Positions 25,907-33,720 of a stretch of 64,000 nucleotides of DNA are shown here, in pieces; position 1 is the first letter of the stretch; each line of letters starts with the position of its first letter. This stretch comes from Escherichia coli (GTDB taxonomy: Bacteria; Pseudomonadota; Gammaproteobacteria; Enterobacterales; Enterobacteriaceae). A model generated the notes under the pieces. That model made no database searches. It had not been told where the DNA came from and saw only the letters and a list, made by a program, of their open reading frames with translations. The stretch lies in the NCBI RefSeq assembly GCF_013315695.1, contig NZ_CP054353.1, one strand, 5' to 3'. Both the position numbers and the translations under genes were made by a program.

Positions 25907-28686
25907 TTTCCACTGGTCAGGCTACCCCGCAGCAGGTCTGCTTTGCGGCGGGCGCGTTCAGTGGTTTCACTGATTCTCTGTGCGTGCTCTGCGTCACGGA
26001 TGGCGTGCAGCATGTCAGAAAGCACGGTAACAGGGGTTTTCATGGTGTTCTGGTCCTGCTGAAGTGTGGATGCCAGGCGTGCGGCGGCTTCGGGGTCTGA
26101 TGCCCCCAGCTGTTCCAGATAGCTGGCGACCGGGTTATGGCGGATCTCCGTGCTGCTTACGCCGTGATTACGGCTCAGGCGCTGCCAGAGCTGCGTGATT
26201 CGGCTGTCCGGGCGGGTATCCGGTTTGCGTACAATTTCAAATCCCTGCGGTGCAATGATGCTGCCGTCAACGTACAGACTGCCGCCCCGTAACAGGTGCT
26301 GCATCTGCTGTTCACCAATATGCAGGCCGAGAGATTCAGCAGACTCCCGCCATTCTTTTGCGAGTAACTCGTGGTTATCAGGCAAAGGCTGTGGCTGTTT
26401 GCGGCTCTGTGTCCAGCTCTGCATTTCATAACTGCTGTTTTTGGCCTGTTTGTCACGCAGCGAACGCATCAGCGCCCGGCGTTCGTGCCGTTTCAGTGAG
26501 CGCATCCATTCATTCACTTCAATTTCAATGCCGTCAGGAAGCTGCGGCCACTGTGCTGGCCGTTCTTCCGGCTGTTCTGTCCCGTTGTTGTCCGTTTCCT
26601 GTACACGGGGACAGTTATTGCCACGAGTCCAAGGGGCGGCAGGGCCGCCCTGAAGGTCAAAACCATTTTCGCGGGCGCTGTCTTCCGCTTCCGGTTTGCG
26701 TCTTACCAGCTTCCAGTTATCCGGATGCGTGCATACGCGGGAAGACTCCCCAATGAGCGGCGACCAGATCCCGTAAATCTGTACGCTCTGTTCACCGTAA
26801 TCGTTCAGCTCATCTGCGAGGTCGTAGGCGGTGCGAATCAGGTAGTCTTTGCGTGGAACAAGTACGCCACCCTGTTTCTCAATGTAGGTGGCAAAACATC
26901 CGGCATCAGCGGCAGCGAGTACCGCGTCCATTGCGTCATCCTTCAGCCGTTGCGGGCCTTCCGGGTTGCGTGCCATCTGGCTGGCAAGGCGGCGCAGTTC
27001 ACGCCACACCTGACGGGAGGGGATACCAAAGAACTGGAACTGGCGGACCCGGTGAAGGCGCGCCCAGCCGATGGCGCGTTCCACGCTCTCGGCCATTGAT
27101 TTTCCGGTTTCGTGGTCAACGCGTGGCTTGCCCGTTTTCGGGTCGATGCCATCCACGGCGCGGCTGTCCAGGTTCTTTCCGATGTAGGTGGCGATGTAGC
27201 TGGTTGGTGTGCCTTTTGAGCCGTCTACGTACTCCGCCTTAAAACGCGGAGTTATGTCATCGCCCAGCTCGTGGCGGTCTTCCTGAATGGCAATATCGCA
27301 GACGTGGGACACGATGGTTTCAATCTCGTCCTGATGTGCAAAGACCATCATATGCCAGTGCACAGTGCCGTCATGGTGAGGCTCCACCGTGCGGATGCCA
27401 TACCAGCGCAGACCGTCGCGGTTCAGTTTTTTGCGGACCGCCGCAAAAAACGTGTTAACCAGGTAATCGCTGGAGTCGCGCATGGTGGCCCCGTTCCATT
27501 TGGGATTCGGATGACCGTTCTCCGTTGTTGCGTGGTATTTTGACGGGCAGGTGACAGTCAGAAACACCGCTCTGTCGCCACGGGCTTCGGCCAGAAGTTC
27601 CAGTCCCTTCATGGTGGCCATCATTTCTGCCTTACGGTGAACCGGGTTACTTACTCCCGCGTAATACACTGTCTCGAGATCAATCGTGAACCCGTCTTCG
27701 TTTTCCAGCATGAAACTTTTCAGGAAATCGCGTGTTTTCTCGCGCTGTGCGCGAAACTCGCTTAACGCGTCCTGGCTCAGATAGGGTGATGTTTTTCTGG
27801 AAACCAGACAGGCGGCGCGGAGTTGTTCTTCTCTCCACTCGCAACGTAACAGCCACAGTTTGCGTTTCCACCATTCCGCACAGGTCAGGCGAAGGATTGC
27901 GCCCGGCAGCAGCTCCGTGTCCGGTTCGTTCCTCCGGTCTTTGTCTGTTGTCAGTGCGTCATAATGTGGAGGCATGGCGTGCAGGTGTAACGCCATGCGG
28001 GCCAGCATCTGATACGCCTTCAGCGTTACATCCATGGTCAGTTCGCCATCAGTCGCACCAAAGCCATCGCAGAGTTTTTCGAAGGTGCTGCTGAACATCG
28101 CCGCCGTCATGGTGGCCAGCGTCTGTATCTGGTGTTTGTTGAGCTGCGGCAGGTAAAGCAAATCGTCCAGGCGTTCGCGTCCGGCAAGGGAGCGATAACC
28201 CGGTGTCAGCCAGCGGTGATCGGTGCGGTCCAGGCGTTCGAATATTTTGCGCAGGGTTCCGCGCGCGTAGCGTTCAGCCTGCCAGCTCTTTTTGCCTTTC
28301 TGGCGATCGGCTTCCTGTTTTTTGCGCAGGAAAGAGAGGTGGCGGCTCAGAGGTTCACGCAGATAAACGGGAAGCACCTTCAGTGTGGCAAAAGCACGGG
28401 CCACCGGGTCTTGTTCTGTTGCCTGACGCTTGCTGATGATGCTTTGTGCCAGCTTTTCACGCTGTCCGGCTTCCTCAAGGGATGCCATGAGTTTTTTACC
28501 CACGGTGGATTGTGCGAAAAAGGCTTCCTCCTTCGCTTCCTGTTCTTCCAGAGCCTTTTTGTCTGCCTCAAGGTAGTAACGGATGGCGCGTTGTAGGTCG
28601 GTTTCAGTTTCCTGCCTGTGCTCCGTAAATCTGGCCGGATCAATGGCTGGCCGTGGTTCATTCCAGCTCCATGCAAACTCACTCAT
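25840..28686 (-). CDS. gpA: Replication initiation endonuclease (P2 gpA family, HUH/Tyr rolling-circle nuclease) with long C-terminal extension
   Basis: ORF track 25840..28713. Start set to ATG 28686 (MSEFAWSW), overlapping the upstream stop (ATGA). HUH-like TVHWHMMVF and Tyr motif PTSYIATYIGKN. 948 aa. Confidence 0.85.
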   Translation of the reverse strand: MSEFAWSWNEPRPAIDPARFTEHRQETETDLQRAIRYYLEADKKALEEQEAKEEAFFAQSTVGKKLMASLEEAGQREKLAQSIISKRQATEQDPVARAFATLKVLPVYLREPLSRHLSFLRKKQEADRQKGKKSWQAERYARGTLRKIFERLDRTDHRWLTPGYRSLAGRERLDDLLYLPQLNKHQIQTLATMTAAMFSSTFEKLCDGFGATDGELTMDVTLKAYQMLARMALHLHAMPPHYDALTTDKDRRNEPDTELLPGAILRLTCAEWWKRKLWLLRCEWREEQLRAACLVSRKTSPYLSQDALSEFRAQREKTRDFLKSFMLENEDGFTIDLETVYYAGVSNPVHRKAEMMATMKGLELLAEARGDRAVFLTVTCPSKYHATTENGHPNPKWNGATMRDSSDYLVNTFFAAVRKKLNRDGLRWYGIRTVEPHHDGTVHWHMMVFAHQDEIETIVSHVCDIAIQEDRHELGDDITPRFKAEYVDGSKGTPTSYIATYIGKNLDSRAVDGIDPKTGKPRVDHETGKSMAESVERAIGWARLHRVRQFQFFGIPSRQVWRELRRLASQMARNPEGPQRLKDDAMDAVLAAADAGCFATYIEKQGGVLVPRKDYLIRTAYDLADELNDYGEQSVQIYGIWSPLIGESSRVCTHPDNWKLVRRKPEAEDSARENGFDLQGGPAAPWTRGNNCPRVQETDNNGTEQPEERPAQWPQLPDGIEIEVNEWMRSLKRHERRALMRSLRDKQAKNSSYEMQSWTQSRKQPQPLPDNHELLAKEWRESAESLGLHIGEQQMQHLLRGGSLYVDGSIIAPQGFEIVRKPDTRPDSRITQLWQRLSRNHGVSSTEIRHNPVASYLEQLGASDPEAAARLASTLQQDQNTMKTPVTVLSDMLHAIRDAEHAQRISETTERARRKADLLRGSLTSGNKKQTETGFTNPVNEQKTCRDI

Positions 28687-29072
28687 GGCTGGTATCCCGT
28701 CACGCGCTGCCACTCCTGCGAGAAGAGGGCAGAAAGGCGGTTAAATTCAGCGGTGTATTCACTCAGCGAGGCACACCCGCCAGCAGTGCGATGCGCCAGC
28801 ATTGCCGCAAATACGGAGGCCGGGGAGTCGTAATACGCCAGCAGTGATTCTCCGTGTGGTGTCAGGCAATGCAACGCCAGCCCGTGTGGTGTGAAGTCCA
28901 CGCGGTAGCAGTCGTCTACTGTGAAATAAAGGGTGTCTGCATTTTCCGGTTTTGTGGTGCGTGCTCTGTTGTCACGACCACGGATGTAGAGATCAAATAA
29001 TCCCTGAAGAACGGGAGCCAGACGGGTGTCCTGTGTGCGCACCCATCTTGTGAAGTCATGAGCGTCAATCAT
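28683..29072 (-). CDS. Hypothetical early protein (129 aa), translationally coupled to gpA
   Basis: ORF track. ATGA overlap with the gpA start. Confidence 0.6.
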   Translation of the reverse strand: MIDAHDFTRWVRTQDTRLAPVLQGLFDLYIRGRDNRARTTKPENADTLYFTVDDCYRVDFTPHGLALHCLTPHGESLLAYYDSPASVFAAMLAHRTAGGCASLSEYTAEFNRLSALFSQEWQRVTGYQP

Positions 29073-29144
29073 GCTGCAATTCTCTTTACTACAGATGTGC
29101 GAAGGCCTCCCGCCGCAAGGTGCAGGAAAGGCCCGGAACAGGAA

Positions 29145-29375
29145 TTAATGGAGTTTGTTTTGCTGCTGGAAGAGTTGTTGCAGCTCGCGCAGATCATCCG
29201 CCAGATAGCTGAAAACAGAGGCGGAATAGATGTTCGATAGCGCGTGGCTGCGCTCATGCAGCATATTGATGTGCATGATTTGCGCGACGCGTGATGCGCG
29301 GAAAAGTCTACGGTTGATTTCAGTCTGGATGTGACGACGCGCAGCGTATGCGCGCTGTTGTTTGCGGTTTGCCAT
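29145..29375 (-). CDS. Hypothetical early protein (76 aa); its SD is the proposed antisense-RNA target
   Basis: ORF track. AAGAGG lies 7 nt upstream of ATG 29375. Confidence 0.6.
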   Translation of the reverse strand: MANRKQQRAYAARRHIQTEINRRLFRASRVAQIMHINMLHERSHALSNIYSASVFSYLADDLRELQQLFQQQNKLH

Positions 29376-29382
29376 GGTGTGG

Positions 29383-29429
29383 CCTCTTTGCTCGGTGATA
29401 GAAATAGCTCACCATCCAGAGTTGAGAAT
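29383..29429 (-). promoter_or_regulatory. Downstream antisense target pair a2/b2 (b2 covers the orf76 Shine-Dalgarno)
   Basis: On the minus-strand RNA, AUUCUCAAC (29429..29421) and GAGCAAAGAGG (29393..29383) are complementary to GUUGAGAA and UCUUUGCUC of the structured RNA. Confidence 0.55.
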
Positions 29430-29437
29430 CTCGGGGT

Positions 29438-29513
29438 GGCGAGACGTACAGGGTTCTCAACACCGGAGAGCAAAGAATCCGGCCCGACCGAAGTCGGCCC
29501 CGTACGTCCCGCC
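29438..29513 (-). ncRNA. Candidate C4/CI-type antisense regulatory RNA (76-nt three-way junction)
   Basis: The minus-strand RNA is GGCGGGACGUACGGGGCCGACUUCGGUCGGGCCGGAUUCUUUGCUCUCCGGUGUUGAGAACCCUGUACGUCUCGCC. It has a 16-bp closing stem with two G-U pairs (C-A on the other strand), a UUCG tetraloop hairpin, and a CCGGA/UCCGG hairpin displaying CUUUGCUC. The boundaries given are the stem ends, not mapped RNA ends. Confidence 0.55.
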
Positions 29514-29554
29514 ATAATTCTGACGCGAAAAAGACGTGGCAATACAGTACGCAC

Positions 29555-29574
29555 AAAAAAACCGCTGGCGCGGT
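29555..29574 (-). terminator. Intrinsic terminator inside the early operon leader
   Basis: The minus strand reads ACCGC-GCCA-GCGGU followed by U7. Confidence 0.6.
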
Positions 29575-29580
29575 TATGCG

Positions 29581-29605
29581 CTTTGCTCTGTATCGGGTTG
29601 AGAAT
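29581..29605 (-). promoter_or_regulatory. Upstream antisense target pair a1/b1
   Basis: On the minus-strand RNA, AUUCUCAAC (29605..29597) and AGAGCAAAG (29589..29581) are separated by 7 nt and sit immediately 5' of the terminator. Confidence 0.5.
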
Positions 29606-29697
29606 CCCGGCACCCGTTTTATGAGGTGCAGCGGAAATGTAACCTGACCGATTGCGGCATGGCAAGCGGTTTTTTTGTGTGTGCATGTTCTGGTTTC

Positions 29698-29997
29698 TTA
29701 CTGGTTCAGAAAAAAATCAAAAACCTTGTCAATGCGTTGCAGCAGCTCTTGCTGTATTGCTTCCGGCGTTTCCGGTTCGCCGGGTGCCTCCAACGTCGCG
29801 CAGAAATCAGCGATTTCATGATGGAGTGTCAGGCGAATGGCAGGAGCCGTGGTTCTGGCGTGCTCCAGCTGATCCAGCAGTGCCAGCACAGCAGACGGCG
29901 AGAGCATTGCGCGAAATGCCAGTAATTTTTGAGGCGTTGCCATTCGTTGCAGGGCAAATGCCAGTTCGCGTAGCTTCTGGTGGTTGATGGTGCTCAT
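29698..29997 (-). CDS. Hypothetical early protein (99 aa)
   Basis: ORF track. ATGA overlap with the upstream gene. Confidence 0.6.
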   Translation of the reverse strand: MSTINHQKLRELAFALQRMATPQKLLAFRAMLSPSAVLALLDQLEHARTTAPAIRLTLHHEIADFCATLEAPGEPETPEAIQQELLQRIDKVFDFFLNQ

Positions 29998-30260
29998 GTT
30001 CTGGCTTCCTTCAGTAGCTGGTTAAACATGTGAGTAAGTGGATTGCTACACCCGAACGGCATCGGGTTTACGTGGTAAGAAGCCTGGCCTCCAGTTTTGC
30101 GAGCGCGACCACCTGTGCTGCGGTTTGTTCTGATGACTAAGCCGCCGCGCCAAAGTTGGCGTAACTCAGCATTAATGGCTGTGGTTGGAGTATTCAGTGC
30201 TGCGGCGATCTCTCCGCCGCTACAACCCGGATGAGTAGCGATGTAGTCCAGAATGGTCAT
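29994..30260 (-). CDS. Hypothetical early protein (88 aa), possible winged-helix DNA-binding protein
   Basis: ORF track. ATGA overlaps on both sides. The wHTH call rests only on the pattern ILDYIATHPGCSGGEIAAALN...INAELRQL. Confidence 0.55.
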   Translation of the reverse strand: MTILDYIATHPGCSGGEIAAALNTPTTAINAELRQLWRGGLVIRTNRSTGGRARKTGGQASYHVNPMPFGCSNPLTHMFNQLLKEART

Positions 30261-30460
30261 CTGCGTGGCTCCTGTACCTGTCGGATAAGATTCACCCGCG
30301 CCACGTTGGTGGCGCAGAAGTAAGTGCCGTCAGTGAGGTAGATGTGGTGTGCATCCTTTTCCGAACGATGTTTGTCGATAGTGGTAATCAGGCGTTCGTC
30401 GACCTCGTATTCGCGCCCTCTGGAGGTAAAGCGAACGACGGGAAAATGCTTAATTGCCAT
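30257..30460 (-). CDS. Hypothetical early protein (67 aa)
   Basis: ORF track, tightly packed in the operon. Confidence 0.5.
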   Translation of the reverse strand: MAIKHFPVVRFTSRGREYEVDERLITTIDKHRSEKDAHHIYLTDGTYFCATNVARVNLIRQVQEPRR

Positions 30461-30483
30461 TGCACCCCCTTTGTCCAGTAACC

Positions 30484-30894
30484 CTATGCGTTAAATACGG
30501 TGTGTCGGGCGTCATCAATGAATGCAACTTGAGAGCGCTCTATCAGGCGGAGATTTGTCAGAAGCGCTGATTCCCTTATGGGGTGAGGAGTGATCAGGTA
30601 TTTGTTCTGTAATCCGGCGATAATGGTGTATCGCTGTGGCTCCGAGCCAATAGTGTAAATAAGGCGTCCGGTGTCAGATAAATCCAGTCCGGTGACTGGT
30701 TTAGTTTTGAGAAGCGCAAGTTCCACACCCTGTTCTTCGATGATTTTGGCAGCTTCTGCCGTGACTTTTGCGACTATCATTGTGTGGGTTGCGACGTCCA
30801 TGTGAGCATTGGCCACGGCTTTTTTCGCTACTTCGCTTTCCATCTTTGAAATTTCTTTCAGTGCTCTGATGATACCTTCTTCTTTTGCGTGCAT
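30484..30894 (-). CDS. Hypothetical early protein (136 aa)
   Basis: ORF track. GGAG lies 8 nt upstream of the ATG. Confidence 0.6.
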   Translation of the reverse strand: MHAKEEGIIRALKEISKMESEVAKKAVANAHMDVATHTMIVAKVTAEAAKIIEEQGVELALLKTKPVTGLDLSDTGRLIYTIGSEPQRYTIIAGLQNKYLITPHPIRESALLTNLRLIERSQVAFIDDARHTVFNA

Positions 30895-30987
30895 TTTTGT
30901 ATCTCCGTTATTTGCGTGTGCGAATACCTCCGTTAATACGGATGGTTTTCACGTTTTCTTATTTAATTTGATGTTTTATTTGTATCG

Positions 30988-31101
30988 TTATTCATCAGAG
31001 AAAAAACGCTCGATCTTTTTCACTGAATTAATAATTCGCATAATCCCAATGGCGCAGGCCACCGAAATAATCAGAACAAGCCATGAGATAAATATACTCA
31101 T
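30988..31101 (-). CDS. Possible 37-aa hydrophobic peptide (MSIFISWLVLIISVACAIGIMRIINSVKKIERFFSDE)
   Basis: Manual reading. Its ATG overlaps the stop of orf80 (ATGA). One TM segment plus a basic tail. Below the ORF-track size cut-off. Confidence 0.35.
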   Translation of the reverse strand: MSIFISWLVLIISVACAIGIMRIINSVKKIERFFSDE

Positions 31102-31340
31102 GCGATATTCCCCAGCTTATACGGTTCAATATGTTCTCCGCATTCTGCGGCACAGATCAGCTCGGAAAGTTCGTTAAGTGCATCCAGATCATCAGCGTAA
31201 AAAGCCACGTCATACAGACTCCGGATTGCCCTGGTCAATGAGTCACGGGCTGCACGTTCAGCATGAACGCCTGATGCACTTAAGCGAAAATAAAAACGCT
31301 CAAGTGCTTTGTTGATGAGTGTTTTATATTCTTTGTCCAT
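31098..31340 (-). CDS. Hypothetical early protein (80 aa)
   Basis: ORF track. Confidence 0.55.
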   Translation of the reverse strand: MDKEYKTLINKALERFYFRLSASGVHAERAARDSLTRAIRSLYDVAFYADDLDALNELSELICAAECGEHIEPYKLGNIA

Positions 31341-31351
31341 TGCAACACCCT

Positions 31352-31639
31352 TTAATCTGCTTTCTGTATTTCAGCTTCTGAATCCATACAAATAATTTCG
31401 ATATAGGGTTCATCGCCATTAACTTGGCGTGCCTTTTCAGCTTCGCTAATGATTTCTCGTACGGTCTGGTACGGAAGTTCCACAAGCAGTCGCGTGCCGT
31501 TCAGATAGACGTAAGTGGCTTCGTCGGCTCCGTTTTTACCCGCCGGAGTCACTCCGTCAATAGCGGATGCACGTAATAACAGTTCACCGCGAAAATCAAT
31601 AAAACGGATAAATACACCTTGTGCATGGTCTTTGGTCAT
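31352..31639 (-). CDS. Hypothetical early protein (95 aa)
   Basis: ORF track 31352..31753. Start set to ATG 31639 (MTKDHAQGVF), downstream of the preceding gene's stop. Confidence 0.5.
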   Translation of the reverse strand: MTKDHAQGVFIRFIDFRGELLLRASAIDGVTPAGKNGADEATYVYLNGTRLLVELPYQTVREIISEAEKARQVNGDEPYIEIICMDSEAEIQKAD

Positions 31640-31649
31640 AAAGCACCCG

Positions 31650-31988
31650 TTATAAATCAGCCTGTTTAATAAAACTTTGCCCGCGAAGCAGACGATCAAC
31701 CGTGCGAAGTGCTTCGTATAATGTGAAATCCTGCCCGAACTGATTGTCGCCACAGCTCAATGCAAAAATGCGGTTTCCGGTAAACGGATTGCGTGGGCAT
31801 TTGTGGATCACGATTCCAGCTTTCTCAATCAGCCAGGCGTGCTCGCCGATTTGTTTTACTGGGTAGCCATCCGGCGTTGCGTGTGTATCACTCAGGCTGT
31901 AGCGGATGTTGCTGCGTGATGCACTGGTAGTGAAACGGTTAGCGTGGCGTTCTGTTCCGGTACGAAAATTACGGCGTTGCTTCAGCAT
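31650..31988 (-). CDS. Hypothetical early protein (112 aa)
   Basis: ORF track. GAGGTG lies 7 nt upstream of the ATG. Confidence 0.6.
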   Translation of the reverse strand: MLKQRRNFRTGTERHANRFTTSASRSNIRYSLSDTHATPDGYPVKQIGEHAWLIEKAGIVIHKCPRNPFTGNRIFALSCGDNQFGQDFTLYEALRTVDRLLRGQSFIKQADL

Positions 31989-32002
31989 AAAATGACACCT
32001 CG

Positions 32003-32281
32003 TTATTTTGTCATCTGCACGTATTTTTCTGCGCTCCTGATTGTTTTCAGGAAAAGAGCGAAGAGATTTACTGTGCGTCTTGAGTTCTTTTCATCCTGGT
32101 TGATGGGAATTGAACCTCTGTCAGCCTGTCTTTTCACTGTGTTAACAGCTTGGTTAGTACGCTTTGCGTAATCTTTCAGGCTTTCTTCAAGTACTGGTAA
32201 CCCATGCTCATCGCGGTAGGGATAGAACGCTGCTAAACGCTCAAAGTCTGCCTGTTCGTGTGTGTTCAGGACTTTTGCCAT
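32003..32281 (-). CDS. First early gene, Cox/Apl-like position (putative lytic-switch regulator/excisionase)
   Basis: ORF track, 92 aa. Divergent from the repressor across the operator region. The assignment is positional only. Confidence 0.45.
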   Translation of the reverse strand: MAKVLNTHEQADFERLAAFYPYRDEHGLPVLEESLKDYAKRTNQAVNTVKRQADRGSIPINQDEKNSRRTVNLFALFLKTIRSAEKYVQMTK

Positions 32282-32319
32282 GTGTGATAACCTGCGCTAT
32301 CTGTGGTTGTTTGTGATCT

Positions 32320-32373
32320 GGTGTACTTATAAGTACACCTTGTGCGCAAGCTTAGTGTACTTATAGGAACACT
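32320..32373. promoter_or_regulatory. Immunity operators: perfect 20-bp palindrome plus an imperfect second copy
   Basis: GGTGTACTTATAAGTACACC at 32320..32339 is perfect. AGTGTACTTATAGGAACACT at 32354..32373 matches 8/10 per half. Centres are 34 bp apart, between the divergent cox-like and repressor genes. Confidence 0.6.
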
Positions 32374-32377
32374 GTCA

Positions 32378-32686
32378 ATGCTTATCGGTGAAAAAATTAG
32401 AGTGATTCGTGAATCAGAGGATTTAACGCGCGAAGAATTTTGCGGCCTGATTGATGTGCCTATCGGCACTTTGCGTCGTTATGAAACGGGGCGGATTGAA
32501 AACATAGGGGGCGAAGTGCTTATCAAGATTGTTAATCACCCTCGCTTTTTTAAGTACATGAATTGGCTTATGACGGGAAAAACAAATGAGGCTGCTGGGC
32601 AGATCAGTCCGTCTCTCTCCCCTGATGGGCCAAAAAGCACATCGCCTTCTCAAAAACCCCGCAAGACTGGCACACAGCCCGGCTAA
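32378..32686 (+). CDS. Immunity repressor, HTH XRE/Cro-C1 type (P2 C-equivalent)
   Basis: ORF track 32342..32686. Start set to ATG 32378 (MLIGEKIRVIRESEDLTREEFCGLIDVPIGTLRRYETG). Confidence 0.75.
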   Translation: MLIGEKIRVIRESEDLTREEFCGLIDVPIGTLRRYETGRIENIGGEVLIKIVNHPRFFKYMNWLMTGKTNEAAGQISPSLSPDGPKSTSPSQKPRKTGTQPG

Positions 32687-32735
32687 TCATGGAGCGCTGG
32701 GGGCATGGTGGTCTTGTAACGCTGGGGTTTCACGA

Positions 32736-33710
32736 ATGAGCATAAAATCAATTCCGGGAGGATATCTTCTTGACATGCGCCCGGAGGGGCGTAAAGGCAA
32801 ACGCATTCGTAAAAAATTTAAAACGAAATCGGATGCAGTTTTATATGAGCGGTGGGTGCTGGCGCAACAGCATAACAATGAGTGGAAAGGAAACTCCATT
32901 GATCGCCGTCCGCTGTCAGTGCTTATTGACTTGTGGTGGAAATACCACGGTCAGCTAATGAAGTCAGGGCATAACACGCGCCTTAAATTGCTGCGCTTGA
33001 GTGAGGCAATGGATGACCCGTGCGTGCATAAACTTAATACAACGATGCTCACCGAGCTACGTGTGTCCAGGATAGAGCAGGGGATACAGCCCAGCACCAT
33101 AAATCGAGAGATTGGGGCGTTAAGCGCGATGTTTACCGCACTCATCTCATCCGGCCATTTTCTTAACGATAACCCCGTTCAAGGCCTTAAAGGAATGAAG
33201 GTTAACGAGCGCGAAATGGGATATCTGAGTAAGTCTGAATGTGTTCAGTTGCTGGATGCACTGGCTGAAAATCCCGATGAACGGCTGGCTGTCGAAATCC
33301 TTCTGTCGACCGGGGCGCGATGGGGCGAGGTAGCGGCACTGGAGCAGCGCCGTGTTCTTCATTGTCGAATCACTTTTTCAAAAACGAAGAACAGCAAAAA
33401 CCGTACCGTTCCTATTTCTGAAAGCCTGTTTGAAAAGATCAAAAAACGGGGCGGGAAACTGGTGTTTCCGACGCTGGATTATCCATTGGTTCGCGATGTC
33501 ATCAAAACGGTCGCACCTGATGTTCCTGACGGCCAGGCTGTTCATGCGCTGCGCCACACCTTCGCCAGTCATTTCATGATGAACGGCGGCAATATTCTGA
33601 CGCTCCAGAAAATTCTGGGGCACGCAAAGATTCAGACAACGATGATTTATGCCCATCTTGCGCCGGATTACTTGCAGGATGCGGTGAGATTTAATCCTAT
33701 TGCTGGGTAA
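32736..33710 (+). CDS. int: Tyrosine integrase (P2 Int-like)
   Basis: ORF track 32586..33710. Start set to ATG 32736 (MSIKSIPGGY). Catalytic signature ...ARWGE...HALRHTFAS...LGHAKIQTTMIYAHL. Confidence 0.9.
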   Translation: MSIKSIPGGYLLDMRPEGRKGKRIRKKFKTKSDAVLYERWVLAQQHNNEWKGNSIDRRPLSVLIDLWWKYHGQLMKSGHNTRLKLLRLSEAMDDPCVHKLNTTMLTELRVSRIEQGIQPSTINREIGALSAMFTALISSGHFLNDNPVQGLKGMKVNEREMGYLSKSECVQLLDALAENPDERLAVEILLSTGARWGEVAALEQRRVLHCRITFSKTKNSKNRTVPISESLFEKIKKRGGKLVFPTLDYPLVRDVIKTVAPDVPDGQAVHALRHTFASHFMMNGGNILTLQKILGHAKIQTTMIYAHLAPDYLQDAVRFNPIAG

Positions 33711-33720
33711 GGAGGATGTT

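Noticed and set aside
29438-29513. Retron msr/msd interpretation of the structured RNA
   Set aside because: No reverse transcriptase gene exists anywhere in the window. The two sets of trans-complementary target sites fit an antisense regulator, not a1/a2 retron repeats.
29514-29542. Dedicated sigma70 promoter for the candidate RNA (TTGCCA-N17-AATTAT on the minus strand)
   Set aside because: Spacing is good, but the -10 is weak and the predicted start would fall about 6 nt inside the closing stem. Processing from a longer transcript is equally possible, so it is not called.
29648-29676. Plus-strand terminator-like hairpin CCGATTGC...GCAAGCGG followed by T7
   Set aside because: No plus-strand gene or promoter ends here, and the stem has a mismatch. 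It may only be the A-rich mirror of minus-strand sequence. Left unannotated.
29069-29686. 205-aa minus-strand ORF spanning the early-operon gap
   Set aside because: It overlaps orf76 in another frame, reads through an intrinsic terminator and the structured RNA, has no ribosome-binding site, and has an Arg/Ser/Pro-rich composition typical of an off-frame artefact.
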